DNA of 64,000 nt from Spirochaetota bacterium. Lineage in GTDB: Bacteria; Spirochaetota; UBA4802; UBA5550. The notes under the pieces were generated by a model that worked only from the letters and a program-made list of their open reading frames with translations, was not told the DNA's origin and did not search any database. Shown one piece after another: positions 9,645 through 18,818 of the stretch. Every line of letters starts with the position of its first letter. Positions within the stretch are counted from its first letter, which is position 1. The position numbers and the translations under genes were made by a program. The stretch lies in contig JAKQPV010000087.1 of assembly GCA_029564515.1 (NCBI GenBank), positions 106,849 through 170,848 of the forward strand. The letters are read 5' to 3'.

Positions 9645-11213
9645 TTATCTCCGTATCTCCGATTTATCGCCTGTTGTACGCCACTCGCGATCAATCAGGT
9701 CACGGTATTTGATCTTTTGCCGTTCGCCGGCCCATCCCCCCAGGGAAGCGTCGAGCAGCTCGTCGAACAGCTTTTCATGCATGATATTCAGCAGTGCCGC
9801 ATACAGTGGTCCGGCGTTGATGGGGCCGGACAACTCCAGTAATTCGCCTATTATCCTTTTTTTGGGAATTTCCCCTTTGCAATACAGCCCTGTAAACGAC
9901 TCAAGGTCAACAACCCTGGCGCCGGCAGGAGGCAGGCCCCGGTCATTCAGAATGGCAACATCCATGCCGTGGTTCCGGATATAATCCTCTGTCAATTGCC
10001 GGTACTGGAGAAACGACTTTCTCGTGAATTTTCCCTCGCGCTTCAGGCCGCCGCTGCTCCCGAGGATATAGCGGCAGTTCAGCCCCTCGACCGTGGTAAA
10101 GCGGTCCTGGAAAAATGACGCGTAGCGATCCTGATAGGCCGTACCGCGGGCATAAATGCGGTAACCGGAAAATGAAAAATCCTGACCGGTGATCCCTATA
10201 GCGGAGAAGCCGCATGCGCGGCAGAGGCTGATCGCGTCTCCCGCCACGCTGCCGGTCGACGAGTCCACCGAGCCGATTGCGTCACCGTACACCTCGGCGG
10301 CAAGCTGTGCAAGGGGATGGGTATTGAGCGAGATGAATGCCCGACGCCGATTGAGCACGGACGGATACGACGAGATCGAGCAGACCACCGGGGCGTTTCC
10401 CGTATCGCACCGGATGAAATGCTCCTGCACATACGGCTGCGGGTCCACGGACATGACCAGGTCGGGGACGATCCCGCACCGGCACAGGACGGGAAGGGCC
10501 GAATCCACGGCCACGATAAAGAACCGCTGCTGCGCGCTTCTCATCATGACGATATCATCCTCAAGGGAGGGGCCGGATACGGCAATGACCGCGGGATGGC
10601 CGGTGAAAGCCCCGAACAGGCTGCGCACGGGGCGCGCCCCCTCCAGGTGCCGGAGATTGCGTAAAATATTCGCCACGTAGCGGGGCCCGAACGCCTCCCT
10701 GGTAGCCTTGTTCCCCGCTTTCAGGTGTATGAGCTTCTCGACCTCGTTCCTGATCCCGCCGTAATAATCTCCGAATGCCCGGACCGAGGCAGGGTGTTCC
10801 AGGACCGATATCCCCCTGATCCTGTCCATGTCGATCCTCGCAGAGAGAACGCCGGCAACATCAGCCGCTGATTTTCCCGCGAGGATCGTCACGCGGGGAG
10901 ATTCGGCAAGGAATGAGGTAAGGCCGTTCCGCCCGATCTCCTTCTCCAGACCCGGAACAATATCAATGATGATGACTTCGCTGTATCGGTCGAGCATCTC
11001 CCTGACAGGCAAAAGGTGATACCCGAGGCCGCAGCCAAGCACAACGAGCATGTCAAAGCGCGCAGGATCAAAGCGGCCGGAAAAATGGTCCGCTTCCCGC
11101 TCCGGACTGACCCTGCTGTGGAGGTACACTTCTCGCCCTCCCGAGCGCACAAGAATCGTATCGCTTCCCAGCCTTGTTTTTACAATCGAGTATGTAATAT
11201 CATTTTCGTTCAT
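9645..11213 (-). CDS. DUF115 / 6-hydroxymethylpterin diphosphokinase MptE-like (motility-associated-factor family) protein
   Basis: AVIAVSGPSL...VDSALP.L...GI.PDLVMSVDPQ matches the PF01973-type Rossmann core. Confidence 0.55.
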   Translation of the reverse strand: MNENDITYSIVKTRLGSDTILVRSGGREVYLHSRVSPEREADHFSGRFDPARFDMLVVLGCGLGYHLLPVREMLDRYSEVIIIDIVPGLEKEIGRNGLTSFLAESPRVTILAGKSAADVAGVLSARIDMDRIRGISVLEHPASVRAFGDYYGGIRNEVEKLIHLKAGNKATREAFGPRYVANILRNLRHLEGARPVRSLFGAFTGHPAVIAVSGPSLEDDIVMMRSAQQRFFIVAVDSALPVLCRCGIVPDLVMSVDPQPYVQEHFIRCDTGNAPVVCSISSYPSVLNRRRAFISLNTHPLAQLAAEVYGDAIGSVDSSTGSVAGDAISLCRACGFSAIGITGQDFSFSGYRIYARGTAYQDRYASFFQDRFTTVEGLNCRYILGSSGGLKREGKFTRKSFLQYRQLTEDYIRNHGMDVAILNDRGLPPAGARVVDLESFTGLYCKGEIPKKRIIGELLELSGPINAGPLYAALLNIMHEKLFDELLDASLGGWAGERQKIKYRDLIDREWRTTGDKSEIRR

Positions 11214-11383
11214 GTTTTCTTCTTATCATTTGACCGGCTATCACTATTATCGACAGTTCTCCGAGAAATAGTTATGCGGCATGAGGCCGTCACTTCCAGA
11301 GACACAATCGTTTTTTCTTTATCAGCATACGCTCAGATAATTAAAAAATATTCATAAATTTTAGCCTGTTCTAAATAAATTAG

Positions 11384-11412
11384 TTGACACTAACTTATTG
11401 GATGACTACATT
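11384..11412 (+). promoter_or_regulatory. Putative sigma70 promoter of feoAB
   Basis: TTGACA, then a 17-nt spacer, then TACATT, about 40 nt upstream of the feoA ATG. Confidence 0.4.
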
Positions 11413-11449
11413 TATTTTGAATTTTTTCTTCTGTTATCAGGTGTTATTA

Positions 11450-14032
11450 ATGAAATTGGCTGATCTGCAAAACGGACAGAAGGGAGTGATCGCCAGGATA
11501 CACGGCCGCGGTCCTTTCCGTAACCGCATCACCGAGATGGGATTTGTACGGGGAAAAACCGTTTCTGTAATAAAGAATGCCCCGCTGAAAGACCCTATCG
11601 AATACCGGCTTATGGGTTATAACGTATCCCTGAGGAGAAGCGAAGCCGCTCTTATTGATGTGGACCCCGTCGAAATGAACAATTGCGCCGCACCTGCTCC
11701 GCTCAGGGAGCGGCATGGGCCGGGCTACCGTCATCGGCACCGCGGCGGCTCCCTCCATGACGGTGCAGACTCTCATCCGCATGCACAATTCCGCGGACGC
11801 CGCAAACACGGTCTCGCGGAACGGACCATCAGGGTCGCCCTGGTCGGCAATCCGAACAGCGGCAAAACGACGCTTTTCAACAACGCCTCCGGCTCACGCG
11901 AGCATGTCGGGAACTACTGCGGCGTTACCATAAGCGCAAAGAAGGCCCGCTTCAACCACGATGGGCGCACGTTCCTCATAACGGACCTGCCGGGCACCTA
12001 TTCTATTTCCGCATACACTCCGGAAGAGCTCTTCGTGCGCGACCACCTGCTCGATGAGCGTCCCGATGTCGTTATCAATGTTATCGATGCCTCCAACCTC
12101 GAGCGCAATTTGTACCTTACGACCCAGCTGATAGATATGGGACACACCGTCGTGATCGCGCTTACCATGAGCGACGAGATGATGAAGCGGGGCGATTCAT
12201 TCAACCATACGATGCTCGGGAAAATGCTGGGTATACCGTTTGTTCCCACTGTCGGGCCGACGGGAGAGGGCATTGACGTCCTTTTCGATACGGTCGCGGC
12301 AGTGCACGAGGGAAGGGACAGCACGGTAAGGCAGGTGACGATCAATTACGGTCCCGACATCGAGAGCGCACTATCAGCGCTGGAGAAGAGCATTGCGGAA
12401 GCAGGCGCCGGCATACTTCCCTTTTCCCCGCGATTCGCCGCCATCAAGCTTCTCGAAAAGGACCCCGACATTATCCGGCGCATGGCCGGGCTCCCGGGCG
12501 GCGCAGGTATAACGATCGGCGCGGACAGCCTAGTGCGGGAGCTCGAAATCGTCATGAAGGAAGACTGCCAGACACTGCTAAGCGACGCACGGTACGGTTT
12601 TATCGCCGGGGCTCTCCGCGAGACGCTTCGTCCGGCATGGCAGCCCGCGTTCACCATGAGCGACCGGATTGACCGGTTCCTCACGCACCAGGTGTTCGGC
12701 TTCCCCATCTTCCTTTTTTTCATGTGGGCCACCTTCCAGCTTACGTTCACCCTGGGTCAGTACCCGATGGACTGGATAGAGTCCGGCGTCGTGTGGCTGT
12801 CCGGTTTCGTCAGTTCCGTCATGCCCGCCGGCCTGTTACGCGAGCTTATTACAGACGGCATTATTGCCGGAGTGGGCGGCGTCATCGTGTTTCTTCCAAA
12901 CATTTTGATTCTGTTTTTCATGATATCCCTGATGGAGGATACCGGCTACATGTCACGTGCCGCCTTCATAATGGACCGGCTCATGCACGGCATGGGCCTC
13001 CACGGCAAATCGTTCATCCCGCTCATCATGGGGTTCGGCTGCAACGTTCCCGCGATCATGGCCACCCGTACCCTCGAGAGCAGGAAAGACCGCCTCCTTA
13101 CCATGATGATCATTCCGTTCATGTCGTGCAGCGCGCGCCTTCCGATCTTCGTCCTCCTGATCGGGGCCTTCTTCTCGGCGTACGCGGGCACCGTTCTGTT
13201 TCTCCTGTATATCACCGGGATCCTTGTTGCGGTCCTCTCCGCGCTGTTATTGAAGAAGACGCTGTTCCGCTCAGAAGAGGCGCCGTTCGTCATGGAGCTG
13301 CCTCCATACCGCGCTCCCCGGCTGAAAAACACCCTGCGTCACATGTGGTCGAGAGCCCTGGAATATCTGAAAAAAATTGGCGGTATTGTGCTCGTGGCCG
13401 CAATCCTGATATGGGCGCTTGGCCGGTTCCCGTATGGTGCCGAAAATGAAGCCGCCCATGAGGCCCGGATCAGTGCGGTAACGAATAAATACGCGCTTGA
13501 ACAGCAAAATCTGAGTCCGGAAGACGTGACCGGACGAAGCTCCCTTGCGGACAGGATGTCAGAAGAGATACGCCTCCTCGAACATGAGCGAGACCGCTTA
13601 CGCCTCGAGGGTTCGGTCATCGGACACGCCGGCAGGCTCATCGAGCCGGCTGTCTCGCCGCTCGGCTTTGACTGGAAAATGGGTGTGAGCCTGTTGACCG
13701 GGTTTGCCGCGAAGGAGATCAGCGTAAGCACATTGGGCGTTCTTTACCATCCCGACAGGAGCGATCGGGCAGACGACCGAGGCATCGAGAAAGCGTTGAA
13801 GGAACAGCGGTACGGATCCGGACCCCTTGAGGGCCGCCCGGTCTTTGATCCCCTGACCGCTCTCGGCTACATGCTTTTCATGCTCCTCTATGTCCCCTGT
13901 GTGGCCACTCTGGCGGCCATGAAAAAGGAATCCGGCTCATTGAAGTGGCCGGTCATCTCGGCCCTGTATTCAACAACGGTTGCCTGGCTTGTCGCGTTCC
14001 TGGTCCGGCAGTCGGGGCGCCTTATCGGGTAA
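11450..14032 (+). CDS. feoB: Ferrous iron transporter FeoA-FeoB fusion protein
   Basis: The N-terminal FeoA SH3-like domain (MKLADLQNGQKGVIARI...) is joined by a His-rich linker to the FeoB G-domain (VALVGNPNSGKTTLFN) and a polytopic permease. The start is set at the internal ATG (MKLADLQ). Confidence 0.9.
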   Translation: MKLADLQNGQKGVIARIHGRGPFRNRITEMGFVRGKTVSVIKNAPLKDPIEYRLMGYNVSLRRSEAALIDVDPVEMNNCAAPAPLRERHGPGYRHRHRGGSLHDGADSHPHAQFRGRRKHGLAERTIRVALVGNPNSGKTTLFNNASGSREHVGNYCGVTISAKKARFNHDGRTFLITDLPGTYSISAYTPEELFVRDHLLDERPDVVINVIDASNLERNLYLTTQLIDMGHTVVIALTMSDEMMKRGDSFNHTMLGKMLGIPFVPTVGPTGEGIDVLFDTVAAVHEGRDSTVRQVTINYGPDIESALSALEKSIAEAGAGILPFSPRFAAIKLLEKDPDIIRRMAGLPGGAGITIGADSLVRELEIVMKEDCQTLLSDARYGFIAGALRETLRPAWQPAFTMSDRIDRFLTHQVFGFPIFLFFMWATFQLTFTLGQYPMDWIESGVVWLSGFVSSVMPAGLLRELITDGIIAGVGGVIVFLPNILILFFMISLMEDTGYMSRAAFIMDRLMHGMGLHGKSFIPLIMGFGCNVPAIMATRTLESRKDRLLTMMIIPFMSCSARLPIFVLLIGAFFSAYAGTVLFLLYITGILVAVLSALLLKKTLFRSEEAPFVMELPPYRAPRLKNTLRHMWSRALEYLKKIGGIVLVAAILIWALGRFPYGAENEAAHEARISAVTNKYALEQQNLSPEDVTGRSSLADRMSEEIRLLEHERDRLRLEGSVIGHAGRLIEPAVSPLGFDWKMGVSLLTGFAAKEISVSTLGVLYHPDRSDRADDRGIEKALKEQRYGSGPLEGRPVFDPLTALGYMLFMLLYVPCVATLAAMKKESGSLKWPVISALYSTTVAWLVAFLVRQSGRLIG

Positions 14033-14038
14033 TATGCC

Positions 14039-14215
14039 ATGGTGCAGACGATTCTGGTCATTACAATTGTGGTCCTTGCCTCCGTCGTCGCCGGGTTCCG
14101 GGTATTCCGCTTTTTTACCGCCTCCCGCTCATCCGGCTGCTCGCCGGAACAGTGCGCTTCCTGTCCCTATTCCGCCCGGCCTTCCGACTGCCGCCCGGGG
14201 CCCGAAAAAAAGTGA
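14039..14215 (+). CDS. FeoB-associated Cys-rich membrane protein (58 aa; not in the ORF track)
   Basis: Translation is MVQTILVITIVVLASVVAGFRVFRFFTASRSSGCSPEQCASCPYSARPSDCRPGPEKK. It has one N-terminal TM helix plus a Cys-rich tail and begins 6 nt after the feoB stop. Confidence 0.6.
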   Translation: MVQTILVITIVVLASVVAGFRVFRFFTASRSSGCSPEQCASCPYSARPSDCRPGPEKK

Positions 14216-14235
14216 TTTTTTAACATTTTTATTCT

Positions 14236-14265
14236 TGACGGTTTTGCGGTGTTTCTATATATAGT
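14236..14265 (+). promoter_or_regulatory. Putative sigma70 promoter of the trp operon
   Basis: TTGACG, then 15-17 nt, then TATATA, about 45 nt upstream of the leader peptide ATG. Confidence 0.5.
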
Positions 14266-14307
14266 AACTATGTTTCTATTCATAGAAACATTTATTCCAC
14301 GCAGGGG

Positions 14308-14373
14308 ATGCAAGCGGTGGCGCGAAACAATGCAACGACGATCTGGTGGTGGGGCATGCATACCTTCCGGTAA
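14308..14373 (+). CDS. trpL: trp operon leader peptide (21 aa, MQAVARNNATTIWWWGMHTFR)
   Basis: Three consecutive TGG Trp codons sit in a short ORF immediately upstream of an intrinsic terminator and trpE. Confidence 0.8.
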   Translation: MQAVARNNATTIWWWGMHTFR

Positions 14374-14405
14374 GCGGTATCGCGCCATGCTCGTGTTGTG
14401 GAAAA

Positions 14406-14436
14406 GTGCGGTATCATGCCGCACTTTTTTGTTTTT
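14406..14436 (+). terminator. trp attenuator (intrinsic terminator with an upstream alternative-pairing segment)
   Basis: The hairpin GTGCGG-tatcatg-CCGCAC precedes TTTTTTGTTTTT. The upstream segment aaGCGGTATCgcgcc repeats the GCGGTATC half and could form an antiterminator. Confidence 0.75.
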
Positions 14437-14460
14437 ACACCGATTTAGCAGGAGAAGACC

Positions 14461-15936
14461 ATGCTGTACCCGTCATTGAATGAATTTTCTGACCTTGCCC
14501 GCACATACCGGCGGGTCGTGCTCTATCGCGAGATCGCTGGCGACCTGGTCACCCCGATCGGCCTGCTCGGCAATTTCGCTGATGAGCCGCACCTGTTCCT
14601 CCTGGAAAGCGCCAATCTGGACCGGAGCTTTTCCCGATACACCTTCTTCGGTGTCCGCCCCCGGCGCGTCATAACCTTCCGTGACGGAACGCTGACTGTC
14701 GAATCAGCTGAAGGGATCGTACAGATAGTTGAATCGAACCCGATTGACTACCTTATATCTCAACTTTCTGCTGAGAATTCCGCGAAAAGCCCGGCCATGG
14801 GCGGCTTCTGCGGCGGATATGTCGGCTTCATCGGATACGATATAGCCAATTACATGGGCATGCTTCGCACGAAAATACGTGAAGACAGGGAAAACCTCGT
14901 CATGGCTTTTCTCCAGGCTGATGAATTCTACGTGTTCGACAATCACCGGGGAAAGCTTTACGCTGCCTGCTCCATGCTCCCCGGCGCGGATCCTGCTGCT
15001 GCTTACCGCACGGCAGCGGCGCGCACTCTCGGGATGGCTGCGGAAATCATCCCCTCGTCTTTCTCGGCCGCGACGCCGGGATCGGGGCTGGAACGGACGC
15101 AGGAGTTCGATGAATCATCCTTCGTCGAAACAGTACGCCTTCTTAAAGATGACATCATGAGCGGAGAATGCATACAGGCGGTCCTCTCAAACAAGCACGA
15201 GATCGAGGGAAGCGTCAACCCTGTTACCCTCTACCGCCTGCTCCGGAATATCAACCCTTCACCCTACATGTTCTACGTCAAGGTACGCGACGAAGTCCTC
15301 CTGGGCGCCTCGCCTGAAATACACCTGAAGATCGAGGACAGGGTCGCCACCCTCAAGCCTATAGCCGGGACCTATCGCCTTGATGGCGGCGATACGGGTT
15401 TACTGGCCGCGAAACTCCTTGCAGATGAAAAGGAGCGCGCCGAGCACCTGATGCTTCTTGACCTCGCCCGGAACGATCTTTATACCGGGTGCGCGACCGA
15501 CTCCGTGAACGTGGTGAGCTCATTCAAGCCGGAAGTATACTCGCACGTCATCCACATCGTATCCGAGGTACAGGGGCGGATGCGGGACGACGTTTCGCCG
15601 CTGCGGCTCTTCTGCAACACCTTCCCTGCAGGGACCGTGTCCGGCGCACCGAAGGTCCGCGCTATGGAGCTGATCGACCGGTATGAAAAGTCGCCGCGCG
15701 GCTTCTATGCCGGCTGCGCCGGATATTTTTCCTACAGCCAAGACATCGACACCTGTATCGTCATCCGCAGTGCGATGGTCAAAAAAGACCGCGTCATACT
15801 TCGGGCCGGCGCCGGCATCGTGTACGACAGCGAGCCGGAGAAGGAGTACCGGGAAGTCGGCGTCAAGCTTGGCGCGCTCTTTGACGCATTTAACTGCATC
15901 AGCACACTGGAGGAGCAGCATGTTTTTACTGATTGA
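14461..15936 (+). CDS. trpE: Anthranilate synthase component I
   Basis: Chorismate-binding enzyme family with C-terminal catalytic motifs. An AGGAGAAG RBS lies upstream. Confidence 0.9.
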   Translation: MLYPSLNEFSDLARTYRRVVLYREIAGDLVTPIGLLGNFADEPHLFLLESANLDRSFSRYTFFGVRPRRVITFRDGTLTVESAEGIVQIVESNPIDYLISQLSAENSAKSPAMGGFCGGYVGFIGYDIANYMGMLRTKIREDRENLVMAFLQADEFYVFDNHRGKLYAACSMLPGADPAAAYRTAAARTLGMAAEIIPSSFSAATPGSGLERTQEFDESSFVETVRLLKDDIMSGECIQAVLSNKHEIEGSVNPVTLYRLLRNINPSPYMFYVKVRDEVLLGASPEIHLKIEDRVATLKPIAGTYRLDGGDTGLLAAKLLADEKERAEHLMLLDLARNDLYTGCATDSVNVVSSFKPEVYSHVIHIVSEVQGRMRDDVSPLRLFCNTFPAGTVSGAPKVRAMELIDRYEKSPRGFYAGCAGYFSYSQDIDTCIVIRSAMVKKDRVILRAGAGIVYDSEPEKEYREVGVKLGALFDAFNCISTLEEQHVFTD

Positions 15937-16492
15937 TAATTACGATTCATTCACCTACAATCTCTTCGCCCTGTTCAGGGAATGCGGTGCTGATGTTGAC
16001 ATCATCAAGAACGATGCCTATGTCCGGGCAGACCGCTACGAGGGGATCATCCTCTCCCCCGGGCCGTCCTCGCCGGAACACTCGGGAACCACGCTCCGGT
16101 ATATCCGGGAACACCTGGGCAGCACGCCTATCTTCGGGGTCTGCCTCGGCATGCAGGCGCTGGCCAGCTCCCTGGGGTACCCGATCGTCAGGGCGCGGAC
16201 AATAAAGCACGGCAAACTGGACGAGATCTCGGTCACGAAAGAATCGGTGCTCTTCCGGGATGTGCCCCGGACCTTTTCAGCGGTGCGCTACCATTCGCTG
16301 GCAGCTGCTGCGGACGAGCGTCATGTCACTTCCCGGTCGCTGGGTGACGGCACCGTCATGTCGATCGAGGACCGGGAGCGGAAATGCTTCGGCGTCCAGT
16401 TCCACCCCGAATCCATACTGAGCCAGTGCGGCCGGCAGATCATACGGAATTTCATCGGTTTCACCGCTGACAATTCATCGTCGGGAAACTGA
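15920..16492 (+). CDS. trpG: Anthranilate synthase component II (glutamine amidotransferase)
   Basis: MFLLIDNYDSFTYNL...GVCLGMQ is a class I GATase. The start is an ATG preceded by GGAGGAG, and it overlaps the trpE 3' end by 17 nt. The listed ORF 15683.. is an upstream in-frame extension. Confidence 0.9.
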   Translation: MFLLIDNYDSFTYNLFALFRECGADVDIIKNDAYVRADRYEGIILSPGPSSPEHSGTTLRYIREHLGSTPIFGVCLGMQALASSLGYPIVRARTIKHGKLDEISVTKESVLFRDVPRTFSAVRYHSLAAAADERHVTSRSLGDGTVMSIEDRERKCFGVQFHPESILSQCGRQIIRNFIGFTADNSSSGN

Positions 16493-16493
16493 G

Positions 16494-17516
16494 ATGCAGG
16501 GAGGAACAATGGACCGGATTCTACAAAAAGTCAATTCAGGCGACCGGCTCAGCTTCAACGAGGCCAGGGATCTGTTCGAATCGATGATGCAGGGAAGCCT
16601 TGCCGAATCGCAGATCGCGTCGTCCCTTATCGCCATGAAGCTGCGCGGTGAGACCGTGGACGAGCTGGCGGCGCTGGCCGTGGCCATGAACCGCAACAAG
16701 CGGGCTTTCACCCCCGGTGTGAAAGGCACGATTGACACCTGCGGTACGGGCGGTGACGGAAAATCCACGGTTAACGTTTCGACCGCAGTGGCGATCATCA
16801 TCGCGTCGATGGGGTATCCAGTCGTCAAGCACGGTAACTACGCCCAGAGCGGTATCGTGGGCTCGGCTGACATTCTATCGGACCTGGGAGTGGATATAAA
16901 CGGCATAACATCGCCGGAAGAGTATCTCGCCAGGCACAACTTCATCTACATGCTGGCGCCTCTCTACCACCCTGCACTCAGGGGCATCGGCAAGGTCAGG
17001 CGAGAGCTCAAAGTCCCCACGCTCTTCAATCTCGCGGGCCCGCTGGCAAACCCTGCCGACCCTGACTACCAGATCATAGGGATCAGCAGGCGGGGAAGGC
17101 TTGAATTCATGGCCGGCGTACTGGAAAAAATCGGCAGAAAAAACATCACTCTCTACTCCTCACGGGACGGATACGACGAAGTCTCCTCCGCCAACACCAC
17201 CGAGTGCATACATATCGGTGAAGGTGATACCCGGCGCTTTACAATCGATCCCTCGGACTTTTTCGAGCCGTTTCCCATGCCGGTCGTCCGTGATCGTGAT
17301 GACGCCCGGCATCAGTTTCTGGACGGCCTGACTGGCCGCTGTGAGACCCTTATGAAGGTATTCGCCCTGAATGCGGCTCTGGCGCTTCGCACCATGAACT
17401 GCTGCGGTATGCGGGAAGGCTTTTTCTCGGCGCGCGAGCAGATATCCTCGGGACGAGCTATCAGTAAGCTCGAAGAGCTCGCATCGGAAGAATCTGCAGC
17501 CCGGGCGGCACAGTGA
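16494..17516 (+). CDS. trpD: Anthranilate phosphoribosyltransferase
   Basis: Contains GTGGDG and the other TrpD signature segments. Confidence 0.9.
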   Translation: MQGGTMDRILQKVNSGDRLSFNEARDLFESMMQGSLAESQIASSLIAMKLRGETVDELAALAVAMNRNKRAFTPGVKGTIDTCGTGGDGKSTVNVSTAVAIIIASMGYPVVKHGNYAQSGIVGSADILSDLGVDINGITSPEEYLARHNFIYMLAPLYHPALRGIGKVRRELKVPTLFNLAGPLANPADPDYQIIGISRRGRLEFMAGVLEKIGRKNITLYSSRDGYDEVSSANTTECIHIGEGDTRRFTIDPSDFFEPFPMPVVRDRDDARHQFLDGLTGRCETLMKVFALNAALALRTMNCCGMREGFFSAREQISSGRAISKLEELASEESAARAAQ

Positions 17517-17523
17517 GGAACCC

Positions 17524-18285
17524 ATGCTTCTGAACGAAATCATCGAGTACAAGAGGCTGGAGATAAAAACGCTGCGACCGGATGCTGTCGAACGCCGGCG
17601 ACCCGTGAGAGACACGATGGCATTTCTCCGTTCACGCCCCTTCATCGCAGAAATTAAAAAAGCATCTCCCTCACGCGGTGTGATCAACAATACGGTTGAT
17701 ATCGCATCACGGGCCCGAGAGTACGAGTGCGGCGGCGCAGGCGCGGTGAGCGTGCTTACAGACAGCCGCTATTTCATGGGAAGCTTCAATGACCTGAGCG
17801 AGATCTCGTGCTCGATCAATATCCCGATCCTCTGTAAAGACTTTATTATCAGCGAAGCGCAGGTCGACCAGGCATACTGCCACGGCGCCGACTTCATCCT
17901 TCTTATCGCTGCCGCCCTCACCGTGCGGGAGATCAGGATTCTGTCACGTCGCGCGGCCCGGTATTCCATGAAGGTGCTGTACGAGCTTCACGATGCGGAC
18001 GAGTTCGATAAAATCCGCCACAACGATCTGGAGCTCGTGGGGGTCAATTCCAGGAATCTTAAGACTTTCGTGATCGACAAAGACGGGGCAGCAGCGACGC
18101 TCCGGGCCGTCAGGGGCTCCTTTACCAGGGTCGCCGAAAGCGGCATCGAAACCGCGGAGGACGTGCGGCGGTTGCGGTCCGCCGGCGCTGACGCATTTCT
18201 GATCGGAACGGCACTCATGATTTCAAAAAATCCTTCCCGCACCCTTGCCGAATTTCACGGTGCGCTGAGGCCGTCATGTTCGTGA
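17524..18285 (+). CDS. trpC: Indole-3-glycerol phosphate synthase
   Basis: TIM-barrel IGPS motifs are present (EIKKASPS, NSRNL). Confidence 0.9.
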   Translation: MLLNEIIEYKRLEIKTLRPDAVERRRPVRDTMAFLRSRPFIAEIKKASPSRGVINNTVDIASRAREYECGGAGAVSVLTDSRYFMGSFNDLSEISCSINIPILCKDFIISEAQVDQAYCHGADFILLIAAALTVREIRILSRRAARYSMKVLYELHDADEFDKIRHNDLELVGVNSRNLKTFVIDKDGAAATLRAVRGSFTRVAESGIETAEDVRRLRSAGADAFLIGTALMISKNPSRTLAEFHGALRPSCS

Positions 18286-18818
18286 AAGTATGCGGCATAA
18301 CAAGGGCCGAACAGCTCGACTGGGCGGTCGAGCTCGGGTATTCTGCAGCCGGTGTGGTCCTGCATCCGGAAAGTTCCCGCTACTGCGGGTTGGACCGCGC
18401 AGCTGAGCTTGCCCGGCACGCCCGTGGCAGAATTTCGACAGTTGCGGTAGGAATTACATTCTCCGAGGTCGCTCCCGTCGCCGACGCATTCGATTTCGTG
18501 CAGGTCTACGAGTATCAAAACGGGGAGCGTGTAATCTGCGCCGGTGACTCGGAGCTTATCGCTCGCGATTCGTCTCTTTTCATGTATGATTCGAGCAGGG
18601 GGACCGGTCGTATCGGCACGCTTCCCGCATGGCTCCATGACGTGCGGTGGAAGCTGATCATTTCCGGCGGTCTGACGTCCCGGAACGTGGCGGGTATAGT
18701 TAGGGAATTCCAGCCCTTCGGCGTCGATGTATCCAGCGCAGTCGAATCTGCGCCGGGCAAGAAAAATTATGAGCAAATGAAGGAATTCATAAACGAGGTT
18801 TGCAATGCGTCCCGATAA
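18276..18818 (+). CDS. trpF: Phosphoribosylanthranilate isomerase
   Basis: Begins MFVKVCGIT. It overlaps trpC by 10 nt. Confidence 0.85.
   Translation: MFVKVCGITRAEQLDWAVELGYSAAGVVLHPESSRYCGLDRAAELARHARGRISTVAVGITFSEVAPVADAFDFVQVYEYQNGERVICAGDSELIARDSSLFMYDSSRGTGRIGTLPAWLHDVRWKLIISGGLTSRNVAGIVREFQPFGVDVSSAVESAPGKKNYEQMKEFINEVCNASR

Noticed and set aside
11214-11383. Possible Fur box upstream of feoAB (gataattaaaaaatattcat / ttatcatt segments)
   Set aside because: It is only a weak, partial resemblance to the 19-bp Fur consensus, and it lies upstream of the -35 rather than overlapping the promoter. I could not support it.
12724-13449. 241-aa plus-strand ORF inside feoB
   Set aside because: It is an alternative frame of feoB with an Arg/His/Pro-rich translation.
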